Assembly: GCA_965652025.1 (NCBI GenBank)
Contig: CBFGTM010000007.1
Coordinates: 19,817-83,816 of the forward strand
DNA: 64,000 nucleotides
Origin: an uncultured Gemmatimonadales bacterium
GTDB lineage: Bacteria; Gemmatimonadota; Gemmatimonadetes; Gemmatimonadales; GWC2-71-9
Reading direction: 5' to 3'
The notes under the pieces are model-generated. The model was not told the DNA's origin, did not search any database, and was given only the letters and a program-made list of their open reading frames with translations. Below are positions 1 to 7,763 of the stretch, in pieces (the first letter of the stretch is position 1; each line of letters begins with the position of its first letter). The translations under genes and the position numbers were made by a program.

Positions 1-156
1 TTGCGGCGGCTTATCGACGACGGCGACCTTCGTCGCAAGCTGGCCGCGGGCGGACTCGCGACCGCGGTCGAGCGGACATGGGACGTTGTCTATGATCGGT
101 TGCTGGAAGACTATCGTGAGGCAATCGAGAATCGGCGGCTGATCCGGGCCGCGTGA
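1..156 (+). CDS. C-terminal fragment of a glycosyltransferase-like protein (5' end outside the window)
   Basis: Frame +1 is open from base 1: LRRLIDDGDLRRKLAAGGLATAVERTWDVVYDRLLEDYREAIENRRLIRAA, stop TGA 154-156. The tail resembles the C-terminal region of GT-B (GT4-type) glycosyltransferases. Too short for a firm call. Confidence 0.35.
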   Translation: MRRLIDDGDLRRKLAAGGLATAVERTWDVVYDRLLEDYREAIENRRLIRAA

Positions 157-165
157 TCGTTCGGC

Positions 166-1203
166 TCAAATCCTCCGGCTCAACACCAGATACGCCATTG
201 CCGCGATCGCCGCGCTCATCGGCATGGTAAGAATCCAGGCCCACACGATCCGCTTCGCCACCCCCCACCGTACCGCTGACAACCGCTGCGCCGCTCCAAC
301 TCCCACAATAGCTCCGGTAATGGTGTGGGTGGTGCTTACCGGCACTCCCAATCTCGACGCGATCAGCACCGTGATTCCGCCCGCTGTCTCGGCACAGAAA
401 CCACCGAACGGTCGCAGCTTGGTAATGCGCGTACCCATCGTCTTGACGATCCGCCAGCCGCCCAGTGCGGTTCCACAGGCAATAGCGGTATAGGCCGACA
501 TCTCGACCCAGAGCGGGATGTGATCCGCGGTAGGCAGATAGAGGAGCCGCAGGTAGCCGTCTTGCCGCACGAACAGATGTTGGGTGGAGACCAGCAGGCC
601 GACGATGATGCCCATGGTCTTCTGGGCGTCGTTGGCTCCGTGACTCAGGGAGTACAGGCCGGCCGACACCAGTTGGAGTCGGCGGAAAGTCTTGTCGAGG
701 GGACCGGGTCTCATGTTTCGGAGCAGCCAGGAGAGTCCGACGGTAAGCCCGAGGGCGATCGCCATGCCCAGCACTGGGGAGACCACGATAAAGGCTACCG
801 GCAAGACCCACCCTGACAGGATCAGAGCGCCGAAACCGGCCTTGGCGATGGCGGCTCCGGCATACCCCCCCAGGAGCGCATGGGAGGATGAGGTCGGAAG
901 CCCCAAGTACCAGGTGATGAGGTCCCACAAGATCGCGCCCAACAGCCCGCCGAGGACCACGCTCGGATCCACCACGACTGGATCGATCAGCCCCTTACCG
1001 ATCGTCTTGGCCACCGCAGTACCGACCACGAAGGCGGCCATGAAATTGAAGAACGCAGCCCAGAGCACCGCCACTCCGGGGCTGAGCACCCGGGTGGACA
1101 CGACCGTTGCGATTGAGTTGGCGCTGTCGTGAAATCCGTTGATGAAGTCGAAGGCGAGGGCAACTGCGATGATGACCAGGACGTACAGAATCTCGTCCGG
1201 CAT
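166..1203 (-). CDS. pit: Inorganic phosphate transporter, PiT family
   Basis: 345 aa. Two PiT signature copies (FINGFHDSANSIATVV and LSHGANDAQKTMGII) and a multi-helix hydrophobic profile. Confidence 0.9.
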   Translation of the reverse strand: MPDEILYVLVIIAVALAFDFINGFHDSANSIATVVSTRVLSPGVAVLWAAFFNFMAAFVVGTAVAKTIGKGLIDPVVVDPSVVLGGLLGAILWDLITWYLGLPTSSSHALLGGYAGAAIAKAGFGALILSGWVLPVAFIVVSPVLGMAIALGLTVGLSWLLRNMRPGPLDKTFRRLQLVSAGLYSLSHGANDAQKTMGIIVGLLVSTQHLFVRQDGYLRLLYLPTADHIPLWVEMSAYTAIACGTALGGWRIVKTMGTRITKLRPFGGFCAETAGGITVLIASRLGVPVSTTHTITGAIVGVGAAQRLSAVRWGVAKRIVWAWILTMPMSAAIAAMAYLVLSRRI

Positions 1204-1206
1204 TGC

Positions 1207-1827
1207 TCAGGCGTGCTTGATGGAGATGGACTCCAGCACGTTACCGGCATCCTCCATGTGGTCCAGGGTCTTTTCCAGGGTGTCGTAGATCTCTTTCCAC
1301 TTGATGACCATGAGCGCGTCGGGAGTGCCGTCGAACAGGCGAGCGACCCACTCGTGGTAAACCGAGTCTCCCTCCTCTTCCAGCCGCTTTACCTGCGCGC
1401 ATGCATCCAACACCACCCGGTCCTTGTTCTTCTCCAGGCTTTGGACCGCCACCAGGAGCTGCTGGGTTGCGCGTAGCACCACATCGGCCATCAGTACGGC
1501 GCCAGGTGGCGCCTCTCCCGCGTGGTACATCTGAACCCGGCTCGCCGTGCCATCGATGAGGTCTACCACATCATCCAGCCGGGAAGCCAACAGGTGGATA
1601 TCCTCCCGGTCGAGCGGAGTGATGAAGACCCGGTCCAGCCGGCTCACCACTTCGTGGGTGACCTGGTCGGCCTCATGCTCCAACCGCTTGATGGCATCGA
1701 CAATGGCTCGCCGGCGCAGGGGCTCTGCTTTGAGCAGGTCCACCTGCAGCTTAGCCGCCTCCACCCCCAGGGTGGCCACCGAACTGAAGAGATCGAAGAA
1801 CTTCTCGTCGCGGGGGAGGAGACGCAT
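1207..1827 (-). CDS. DUF47 / PhoU-like PiT accessory protein
   Basis: 206 aa. The MRLLPRDEKFFDLF N-terminus and helical repeats are typical of DUF47 (TIGR00153) proteins. Stop lies 3 nt upstream of the pit start on the same strand. Confidence 0.85.
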   Translation of the reverse strand: MRLLPRDEKFFDLFSSVATLGVEAAKLQVDLLKAEPLRRRAIVDAIKRLEHEADQVTHEVVSRLDRVFITPLDREDIHLLASRLDDVVDLIDGTASRVQMYHAGEAPPGAVLMADVVLRATQQLLVAVQSLEKNKDRVVLDACAQVKRLEEEGDSVYHEWVARLFDGTPDALMVIKWKEIYDTLEKTLDHMEDAGNVLESISIKHA

Positions 1828-2021
1828 GGAAACCTTTGAGCCGAGGGTATGAGCGGCGGTAAGATAGCCCCCCCGGTGGGCTTGGCAAGCTTGGCATCTT
1901 CCTTGACGGAGGCCGGTCCTCGGGCAGATTCTCCCCCCTAGTGCCTCCGCCTGCCCGGCGGAGTACAGTGCTTCCGCCCACCTGGCGGATACCGGGATTC
2001 GCTTGCGCGATTTCGGGGCCT

Positions 2022-4799
2022 ATGACCCATAGTCTGCTCCTTCGCCCCGACCGGCTGGCGGCCCTCCGCCGAACTGCCCTGCTGGATACCCCACCAGAAG
2101 AGGGGTTCGACCGCATTACCCGCATGGCGGCGCGGCTCCTGGGCGCCCCCACCTCGCTGATCTCTCTGGTTACGGACGAACGTCAGTTCTTCAAGAGTAC
2201 CACAGGGTTACCAGAGCCCTGGGCGAGCCGCCGGAACGCCCCGCTCTCCTTTTCCTTTTGCTCTACAGTGGCCGGCACCGGAGAACCCCTCCTGGTGGAG
2301 GATGCTCGACGACATCCCTTGCTCCGCCACAGTCAGGCCCTGCGGGAACTGGGCTGGGTCTCGTATGCCGGAGTGCCGCTGATCGACCGTGAAGGCCACG
2401 TGCTGGGGAGCCTCTGTGTGGTCGACCGCATGCCACGGCTGTGGTCGGAGCGAGACATTGCCCTACTGCAAGACCTTGCGTCGTCGGTCATAACCGAGAT
2501 CGAGCTTCGCCGCGAGACCGCGCTGCGGCGTCAGGCTGAGCTGGGGCAGCGGGACGTCGAGGAGGAGCTGTACAGTACCTTCGAGCAGGCCGGGACGGGG
2601 TTGGCGCTGGTGTCGCTGGATGGCCGCTGGATCCGGGTAAACCGGGCACTGTCCGAGCTCCTCCAAACCCCGGTGGAGGATCTGGTCGGCTTTCCGGTCG
2701 AGCTCCGCTCCCATCCCGATGACGTCGCGGTGGATCAGGAAGCCATCCGGCTCCTGCTCGCCGGAGAGAGCCGGTCCTACACCATCGAAAAGCGGTACCT
2801 CAAGCCCAGCGGTGAAGTGCTCTGGGCTCTGGTGAACGTCTCCCTCGTGACCGGGCCCGATGGACAGCCGTCTCATCTCATCGCAGCGGTTCAGGACATC
2901 ACCGAAAGGAAGGAGGCTGAGACCCGCCTTCGCAGTCAGGAGGAGGCGTACCGGCTTCTGCTCCAGGGATCCGGCAGCGCCGTTCGGACCTGGGACCTGG
3001 CTACCGATCGAATGACGTGGGAACCTGGGGTAGCGCCTCCGCTCGACTACGACTGGCAGGATCTCGCCGAGACACCGGACTGGTGGTATCAGAGGATCCA
3101 TCCGCAGGACCGGGAACGGGTGGTGCAGAGCATCGATGCAGCCATCACCGGCGGAGCCGCCACCTGGCTCGAAGAGTACTGGTTCCGCAAAGCGGATGGT
3201 TCTTACGCCCTGGTGCAGGATCGTGCTTCGATCAGCCACGACGAAGGTGGACGCCCCCAGCGGGTGATTGCGGTAATGACCGACGTTTCCCGTCTGAGCC
3301 GGGGACAGCAGTCGGAGCAGGTGCTGAACGCCATGCCGGTCGGCATCTGGCTACTGGATCAGACTGGAACCATCGTCTTCGCCAATCCCGCCAGTCAGCA
3401 GACCTGGGGCGAAACTCCGGATAGCCTGGAGCGTCTCAGCGAACTTCCAACCTGGTGGGCGGCCACCGGCCAGCCGGTGCAGCTCGCAGACTGGGGACCG
3501 GGGCGAGTGCTCCGAGGCGAGGGCCCCTTCGACGAAGAGATTCTGGTTGACACCGTAGCCGGGAGACGGACCGTACGGGTGGCCGCGGCGCCTCTCCAGG
3601 CCCCCACCGGCGAGATCACCGGCGCCGTCGTCCTCTCGGAGGACATCTCCGATCGAAAGGCGCGGGACGCGGCCGAACAACAGCGGGAGGAACAGCTGCA
3701 GCACGCCCAGCGGCTGGACGCGGTGGGGCGGCTGGCTGGAGGGATCGCGCACGACTTTAACAACCTGCTGACCGGGATTCTCAGCTACAGCGATCTGATT
3801 CTTCAGGAGCTGCGGCCCAACGATCCGATCCGAAATGACATCGAGCAGATTCGCGATGCCGGGCAACGCGCAGCCGGATTGACTCGGCAGTTGCTGGCCT
3901 TCAGCCGCCGGCAGCTGCTCCGGCCTCGGGTCGTCTCTCTCAACACGATGATTGCGGAGCTCGAGCCAATGCTGCAGCGGCTCCTCGGAACCGAAATCAG
4001 ACTGGAGACCCAGCTGGATCCCGAGCTGGGCAACATCTTCGTGGATCCGGCGCAGGTAGAACAGGCCTTCGTCAATTTGGTGCTGAATGCCCGGGATGCC
4101 ATGCCGTCGGGTGGGCAGGTGTTGATTTCCAGCTTCAACACTGAGCTCGAGGGGGAATCCCATGTAGCGGTGACGGTGAGCGACACCGGGGTCGGTATCG
4201 AGCCTTCGGCCCAGGAGAGGATCTTCGAGCCGTTCTTCACCACCAAGCAAGGCGGTGGTGGCCGGGGTCTCGGCCTCTCCACGGTATATGGGATCGTGGA
4301 CCAGAGCGGCGGTCGAGTAGCGGTGGAGAGCGCGCCCGGTCAGGGTGCGGCGTTCACCCTGTACTTCCCCCGTTACTGGGGCTCAGAGCCGGCTCTCGGA
4401 GGTACTCAGCAGCGGACACCGGACGTCGGCACCGAGACCCTGCTCCTGGTCGAAGACGAAGCCGCGGTGCGCGCATCCGTCCGCCGATTGCTGGAGTGGC
4501 ATGGCTACACTGTACTCGAAGCGCGCAATGGAGCCGAGGCACTGACAGTCTTCGAGGCCTACGAGCGAGACATCGATCTGGTACTCACCGACGTGGTCAT
4601 GCCGGAGATGGGAGGCTACGAATTGGTTGAGCGGCTTCGGGCTCGGCGCCCTGAGCTCCGGGTGGTTTTCATGTCGGGCTATGCCGAGCGCGCCCTTACC
4701 AGCAACGGGTCGATTCCGGCGGGGACCGGATATTTGGAGAAGCCATTTACGGTGGAAACACTCACGAGGCGCCTGAGAGAGGTCTTGGATATTCCCTAA
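2022..4799 (+). CDS. Hybrid sensor histidine kinase (GAF, several PAS, HisKA, HATPase_c, receiver)
   Basis: GAF-like LLDTPPEEGFDRITRMAARLL...LVTDERQFFKS; PAS boundaries ...DITERKEAE and ...DISDRKARD; H-box GGIAHDFNNLLTGI; N-box NLVLNARDAM; G-boxes DTGVGI and GRGLGLS; receiver LLLVEDE...TDVVMPEMGG...EKPF. ATG 2022 preferred over the GTG at 1941 in the ORF track. Confidence 0.85.
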   Translation: MTHSLLLRPDRLAALRRTALLDTPPEEGFDRITRMAARLLGAPTSLISLVTDERQFFKSTTGLPEPWASRRNAPLSFSFCSTVAGTGEPLLVEDARRHPLLRHSQALRELGWVSYAGVPLIDREGHVLGSLCVVDRMPRLWSERDIALLQDLASSVITEIELRRETALRRQAELGQRDVEEELYSTFEQAGTGLALVSLDGRWIRVNRALSELLQTPVEDLVGFPVELRSHPDDVAVDQEAIRLLLAGESRSYTIEKRYLKPSGEVLWALVNVSLVTGPDGQPSHLIAAVQDITERKEAETRLRSQEEAYRLLLQGSGSAVRTWDLATDRMTWEPGVAPPLDYDWQDLAETPDWWYQRIHPQDRERVVQSIDAAITGGAATWLEEYWFRKADGSYALVQDRASISHDEGGRPQRVIAVMTDVSRLSRGQQSEQVLNAMPVGIWLLDQTGTIVFANPASQQTWGETPDSLERLSELPTWWAATGQPVQLADWGPGRVLRGEGPFDEEILVDTVAGRRTVRVAAAPLQAPTGEITGAVVLSEDISDRKARDAAEQQREEQLQHAQRLDAVGRLAGGIAHDFNNLLTGILSYSDLILQELRPNDPIRNDIEQIRDAGQRAAGLTRQLLAFSRRQLLRPRVVSLNTMIAELEPMLQRLLGTEIRLETQLDPELGNIFVDPAQVEQAFVNLVLNARDAMPSGGQVLISSFNTELEGESHVAVTVSDTGVGIEPSAQERIFEPFFTTKQGGGGRGLGLSTVYGIVDQSGGRVAVESAPGQGAAFTLYFPRYWGSEPALGGTQQRTPDVGTETLLLVEDEAAVRASVRRLLEWHGYTVLEARNGAEALTVFEAYERDIDLVLTDVVMPEMGGYELVERLRARRPELRVVFMSGYAERALTSNGSIPAGTGYLEKPFTVETLTRRLREVLDIP

Positions 4800-5452
4800 C
4801 CAGCCCTCTTCACGAACAACTCCACTAGATCCCCCGGCTTCTCCAGCCAGTAATCCGGCTCCGCATGCTCGAGATGGTCCCGCTTGAACGGACCCCACAG
4901 AGCTGCGGCGGTCTTCACTCCTGCTGCCCGTCCCGAATGCATGTCGTGGATGCTGTCGCCCACGTAAACGGTGGCGGCGGGAATGGCTGCAAGCAGGGCC
5001 ACGGCCTTCTCGACCGGTTCCGGGTGCGGCTTGAAGTTGGTTACCTCATCGGCACAGACCATTACATCCATCAAGGCCCCGAGGCCCACGAGCTGGAGCC
5101 CTCGAATTGCACCCTGCCGGTTCTTGCTGGTGACGAGACCGGTCTGAATTCCTGCAGCCTTGATCTCACGGATGGCCTCGAGCACACCGGGGTAGATGGT
5201 CACCATACGGTCGTGGTGCTTGAGGTTGTATTCCCGATACGTCGCGATCATTGCCTCCAGCACTTCCGGCGAGTTCTGCCAGGCCGAAAACTGGATGTGA
5301 AGCGGAGTACCCACCCCCCTCAGCCACTCCTCATCGGTTCGGGCGGGCAGGTTGTGTTGGGTGAGCGTGTGGTGATAGCTGTCGAGGATTAGCCTGATCG
5401 AGTCGATCAGGGTCCCGTCGAGATCGAATAACGCGGTCTGGAGTGTCGGCAC
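4796..5452 (-). CDS. HAD-family hydrolase (phosphoglycolate phosphatase / PpaX-like)
   Basis: 218 aa. Motif I FDLDGTLIDS at residues 9-18, LVTSK (motif II), VGDSIHD (motif IV). Its stop overlaps the kinase stop tail to tail. Confidence 0.8.
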   Translation of the reverse strand: MPTLQTALFDLDGTLIDSIRLILDSYHHTLTQHNLPARTDEEWLRGVGTPLHIQFSAWQNSPEVLEAMIATYREYNLKHHDRMVTIYPGVLEAIREIKAAGIQTGLVTSKNRQGAIRGLQLVGLGALMDVMVCADEVTNFKPHPEPVEKAVALLAAIPAATVYVGDSIHDMHSGRAAGVKTAAALWGPFKRDHLEHAEPDYWLEKPGDLVELFVKRAG

Positions 5453-7763
5453 CCGCAGAAGCTAGCGGGGAAGTGGAGCCCTGCGCAGGTCTGAACACTA
5501 CCAGGCCAGTCAGCCGGATCTCGAGTCCCTCCCACCTGAATGGCCGGACCGGCAGTCTCCGGATCAGCTCCGTGAGCTCTCGGGGCGACACCTGCACCAG
5601 GCGTTCGACCATGGTCTTTTCCCCTGCAGTGTGTCCGCTGGCAAGAAACGCGAGAGCACCCTCCAGCTCGGCCATCTGGGTGGGCTGACGCCGTCGCGCG
5701 GCATCGCCGATGAGCGACTGAATCCTGTTCATGGCTTGCCTGGTCGCGCTGCTTGGGTCGGGTGAGATCCATCGCCGGCCCCGGATCAGGGTGAGACGCT
5801 CTCGCAGCGGACCAGCGAGCAGCGCCAGCCATTCACGCAGCAGAGCGGGATCAACCACTACAACGTCCTGCTGCTCCGCGGCCAGGGAGAGTCGGTGACT
5901 TACTTCTGCTGGCGCTTCGCTCCATGAGCCATCCTTTGTCAGCCATAGTAAGGTGCTCGCGAGAGCACCCGGACTCTCCGAATGGTGCAGTGCAAACCCG
6001 GCCAGAAGGCCGGGAGTGGAAGAATCGATCACCGCGACACCCGGCTGGGCCGAAGCGCACCGGAAACGCTCGGCCAGCTCGGCCCTCCACCGCCAGATGT
6101 GGCGGCCGTTGGGCCCGATCCCAGCGGCCGCGGGAATCCGGGCCTTTCGCGCCAGGATTCGTTCGAGCTTGAGCTGCCGCTCCAGCGCCGGTGGTAGCGC
6201 GAACTGGATCACCTCGACTTGGCCGTGCTGCGAGCCATAGCGTACCGATCTGCCTTCTCGCTGCTCCAGGCGCATCGGGGTCCACGGCAGATCGTAATGG
6301 ACCACCCGGGCTGCCCGCTGAAGATCGAGCCCCTCCGCAGCGACGTCGGTGACGACGAGGTGCTTGGGGGCGACACTGGAGTTGACTGGGCCTCGAAACC
6401 AGCCGAGGACGGTATCACGTGCCAGGAGAGTATGCCCGATGCCGGCCCGCTCTCCGGTACACCACGCCAGCCGCAGATGAGCTAGACGATCGCGCAGATA
6501 TCTGACCGTGTCGCGGAATGCTGTGAATACAAGAGTTGGAGTGTTCTCCTTCAGCAGATGCTCCAGCCGGTCCAGCTTTCCGTCTGGCTGTTGGGCGGAC
6601 GCGGCAACTTCTCCTGCCTGCCTCTCCAGTTGGGAAAGGTCATCCAACTCCATATCACCTTGGGTTCCGATTCCGGGCAGTAGTTCCCACCAGACGAGTT
6701 GGTCACCCATCTCCCGGGTGAACCGCCTCAGCTCGGCCCGATCCATGGGTTGTCCGGCCTGTGCCGCATCACGCGCGCAGAGCAGCAGCCTCCGGTAGCG
6801 GCGCAACGCCCCTTCCAGCGCTGCGGGACTCGAGGCCACCGCCCGCAAGACCACTCCCCGGATCAACCCGGCAATCGCCTCGTTCCGGGAGAGCCGCAGC
6901 TGACCCAGCAAGTCCAGGCTTTGCTGGGTTGCGACTGACTCCTTCGCGTCCGGTAGACTGCGCCGGACCCGCCGCAGTGGGCGCCCGTCGGTCACCCGTT
7001 CATTCTCCTGCACCAGCTGTCCCAGGGCCTCAGCCGCGCATCCTCCAGCCAGCATCGAGTGAAGCGACCGTATACCATGGGGTGCTAGCGCATCATCCTT
7101 GACTGCAAGCAAGAGCTGGTGCGCCAGATCCCGCATGCTGTTCACGACCGGAGTGGCGGTAACCAGCAAGGCCGGTCGTCCAATCAGCCAGGGAGCCAGG
7201 TTGCGGTAACGCTTGGTGCGCGGGTTCCGAAAGTGATGGCTCTCGTCGATGATAACGAGACCCCGAGCTTCCTCGGGGAGATGGCCACGACTCACCTGTT
7301 CGTGAGAGCAAAGGGTGACTGGGATGGCCAGCCGCGCCGCTGTCCCTTGCCACTGGGCCAGGAGCATTGCCGGAACCAGACAGGCGGTAGGTCCCCGGTT
7401 CAGTCTTGCCGCAACGGCCAGGGCCACGAACGTCTTTCCGCTCCCGACGGGATCGGCCAGGACGGCGCCGCGATAGCGCTGGATTGCCGCCAGCACTCGT
7501 CGAAAGCTCTTTCCTTGCTCTGGGAGGAGCCATGAAGGTGGTTCTGCCGCGAGCTCCCTTGGTGCCACGCTGACCGCCAATGCCGCTGCCACCGCAGCCC
7601 CGGAGACGGGCCGGCCCGGCTGCAGCGCCGTCAGCAGAGCGTCCGGTACTCCGAGGAGCGACTCAGCGACGATCGTTGGAGGCGCTGTCCACCGCCGCAC
7701 GAAGCGCTCGCTGAGCCAGAGGCGAGAGGGAGAGGCGCTGTGCTGTGATCCGGTCCAGCTCAT
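5331..7763 (-). CDS. SNF2/DEAD-like superfamily 2 helicase
   Basis: Motif I DPVGSGKTFVAL, motif II VIIDESHHFRN, motif III LLVTATPVVNS, motif VI QREGRSVRYG. About 280 C-terminal residues have no recognisable motif. ATG 7763 is preceded by GGAGGAGAGG; GTG 7700 is the alternative. No in-frame start exists downstream of the methyltransferase stop. Confidence 0.75.
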   Translation of the reverse strand: MSWTGSQHSASPSRLWLSERFVRRWTAPPTIVAESLLGVPDALLTALQPGRPVSGAAVAAALAVSVAPRELAAEPPSWLLPEQGKSFRRVLAAIQRYRGAVLADPVGSGKTFVALAVAARLNRGPTACLVPAMLLAQWQGTAARLAIPVTLCSHEQVSRGHLPEEARGLVIIDESHHFRNPRTKRYRNLAPWLIGRPALLVTATPVVNSMRDLAHQLLLAVKDDALAPHGIRSLHSMLAGGCAAEALGQLVQENERVTDGRPLRRVRRSLPDAKESVATQQSLDLLGQLRLSRNEAIAGLIRGVVLRAVASSPAALEGALRRYRRLLLCARDAAQAGQPMDRAELRRFTREMGDQLVWWELLPGIGTQGDMELDDLSQLERQAGEVAASAQQPDGKLDRLEHLLKENTPTLVFTAFRDTVRYLRDRLAHLRLAWCTGERAGIGHTLLARDTVLGWFRGPVNSSVAPKHLVVTDVAAEGLDLQRAARVVHYDLPWTPMRLEQREGRSVRYGSQHGQVEVIQFALPPALERQLKLERILARKARIPAAAGIGPNGRHIWRWRAELAERFRCASAQPGVAVIDSSTPGLLAGFALHHSESPGALASTLLWLTKDGSWSEAPAEVSHRLSLAAEQQDVVVVDPALLREWLALLAGPLRERLTLIRGRRWISPDPSSATRQAMNRIQSLIGDAARRRQPTQMAELEGALAFLASGHTAGEKTMVERLVQVSPRELTELIRRLPVRPFRWEGLEIRLTGLVVFRPAQGSTSPLASAGADTPDRVIRSRRDPDRLDQANPRQLSPHAHPTQPARPNR

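Noticed and set aside
11-928. 305-aa minus-strand ORF overlapping pit in another frame
   Set aside because: The pit frame has duplicated PiT signatures. This frame is Arg/Pro/Gly/His-rich with no motifs.
1846-1868. ggtatgagcggcggtaagatagc upstream of the DUF47/pit operon, and gcttccg-type units in the GT2 5' end (about 12590-12640), considered as further members of the repeat family
   Set aside because: At most two recognisable units each and no partner arm. This cannot be distinguished from chance in GC-rich sequence by eye.
1941-2021. N-terminal extensions suggested by the ORF track (also 19594-19743, 20973-21026, 29678-29824, 29661-29831, 32220-32306, 41355-41432, 45588-45914, 47004-47105, 47693-47875, 59878-60006)
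   Set aside because: Each extension overlaps the upstream gene or a repeat arm, lacks domain content, and is followed by an internal start that gives a canonical N-terminus (signal peptide, TM helix or domain start), often in an ATGA/GTGA coupling arrangement.
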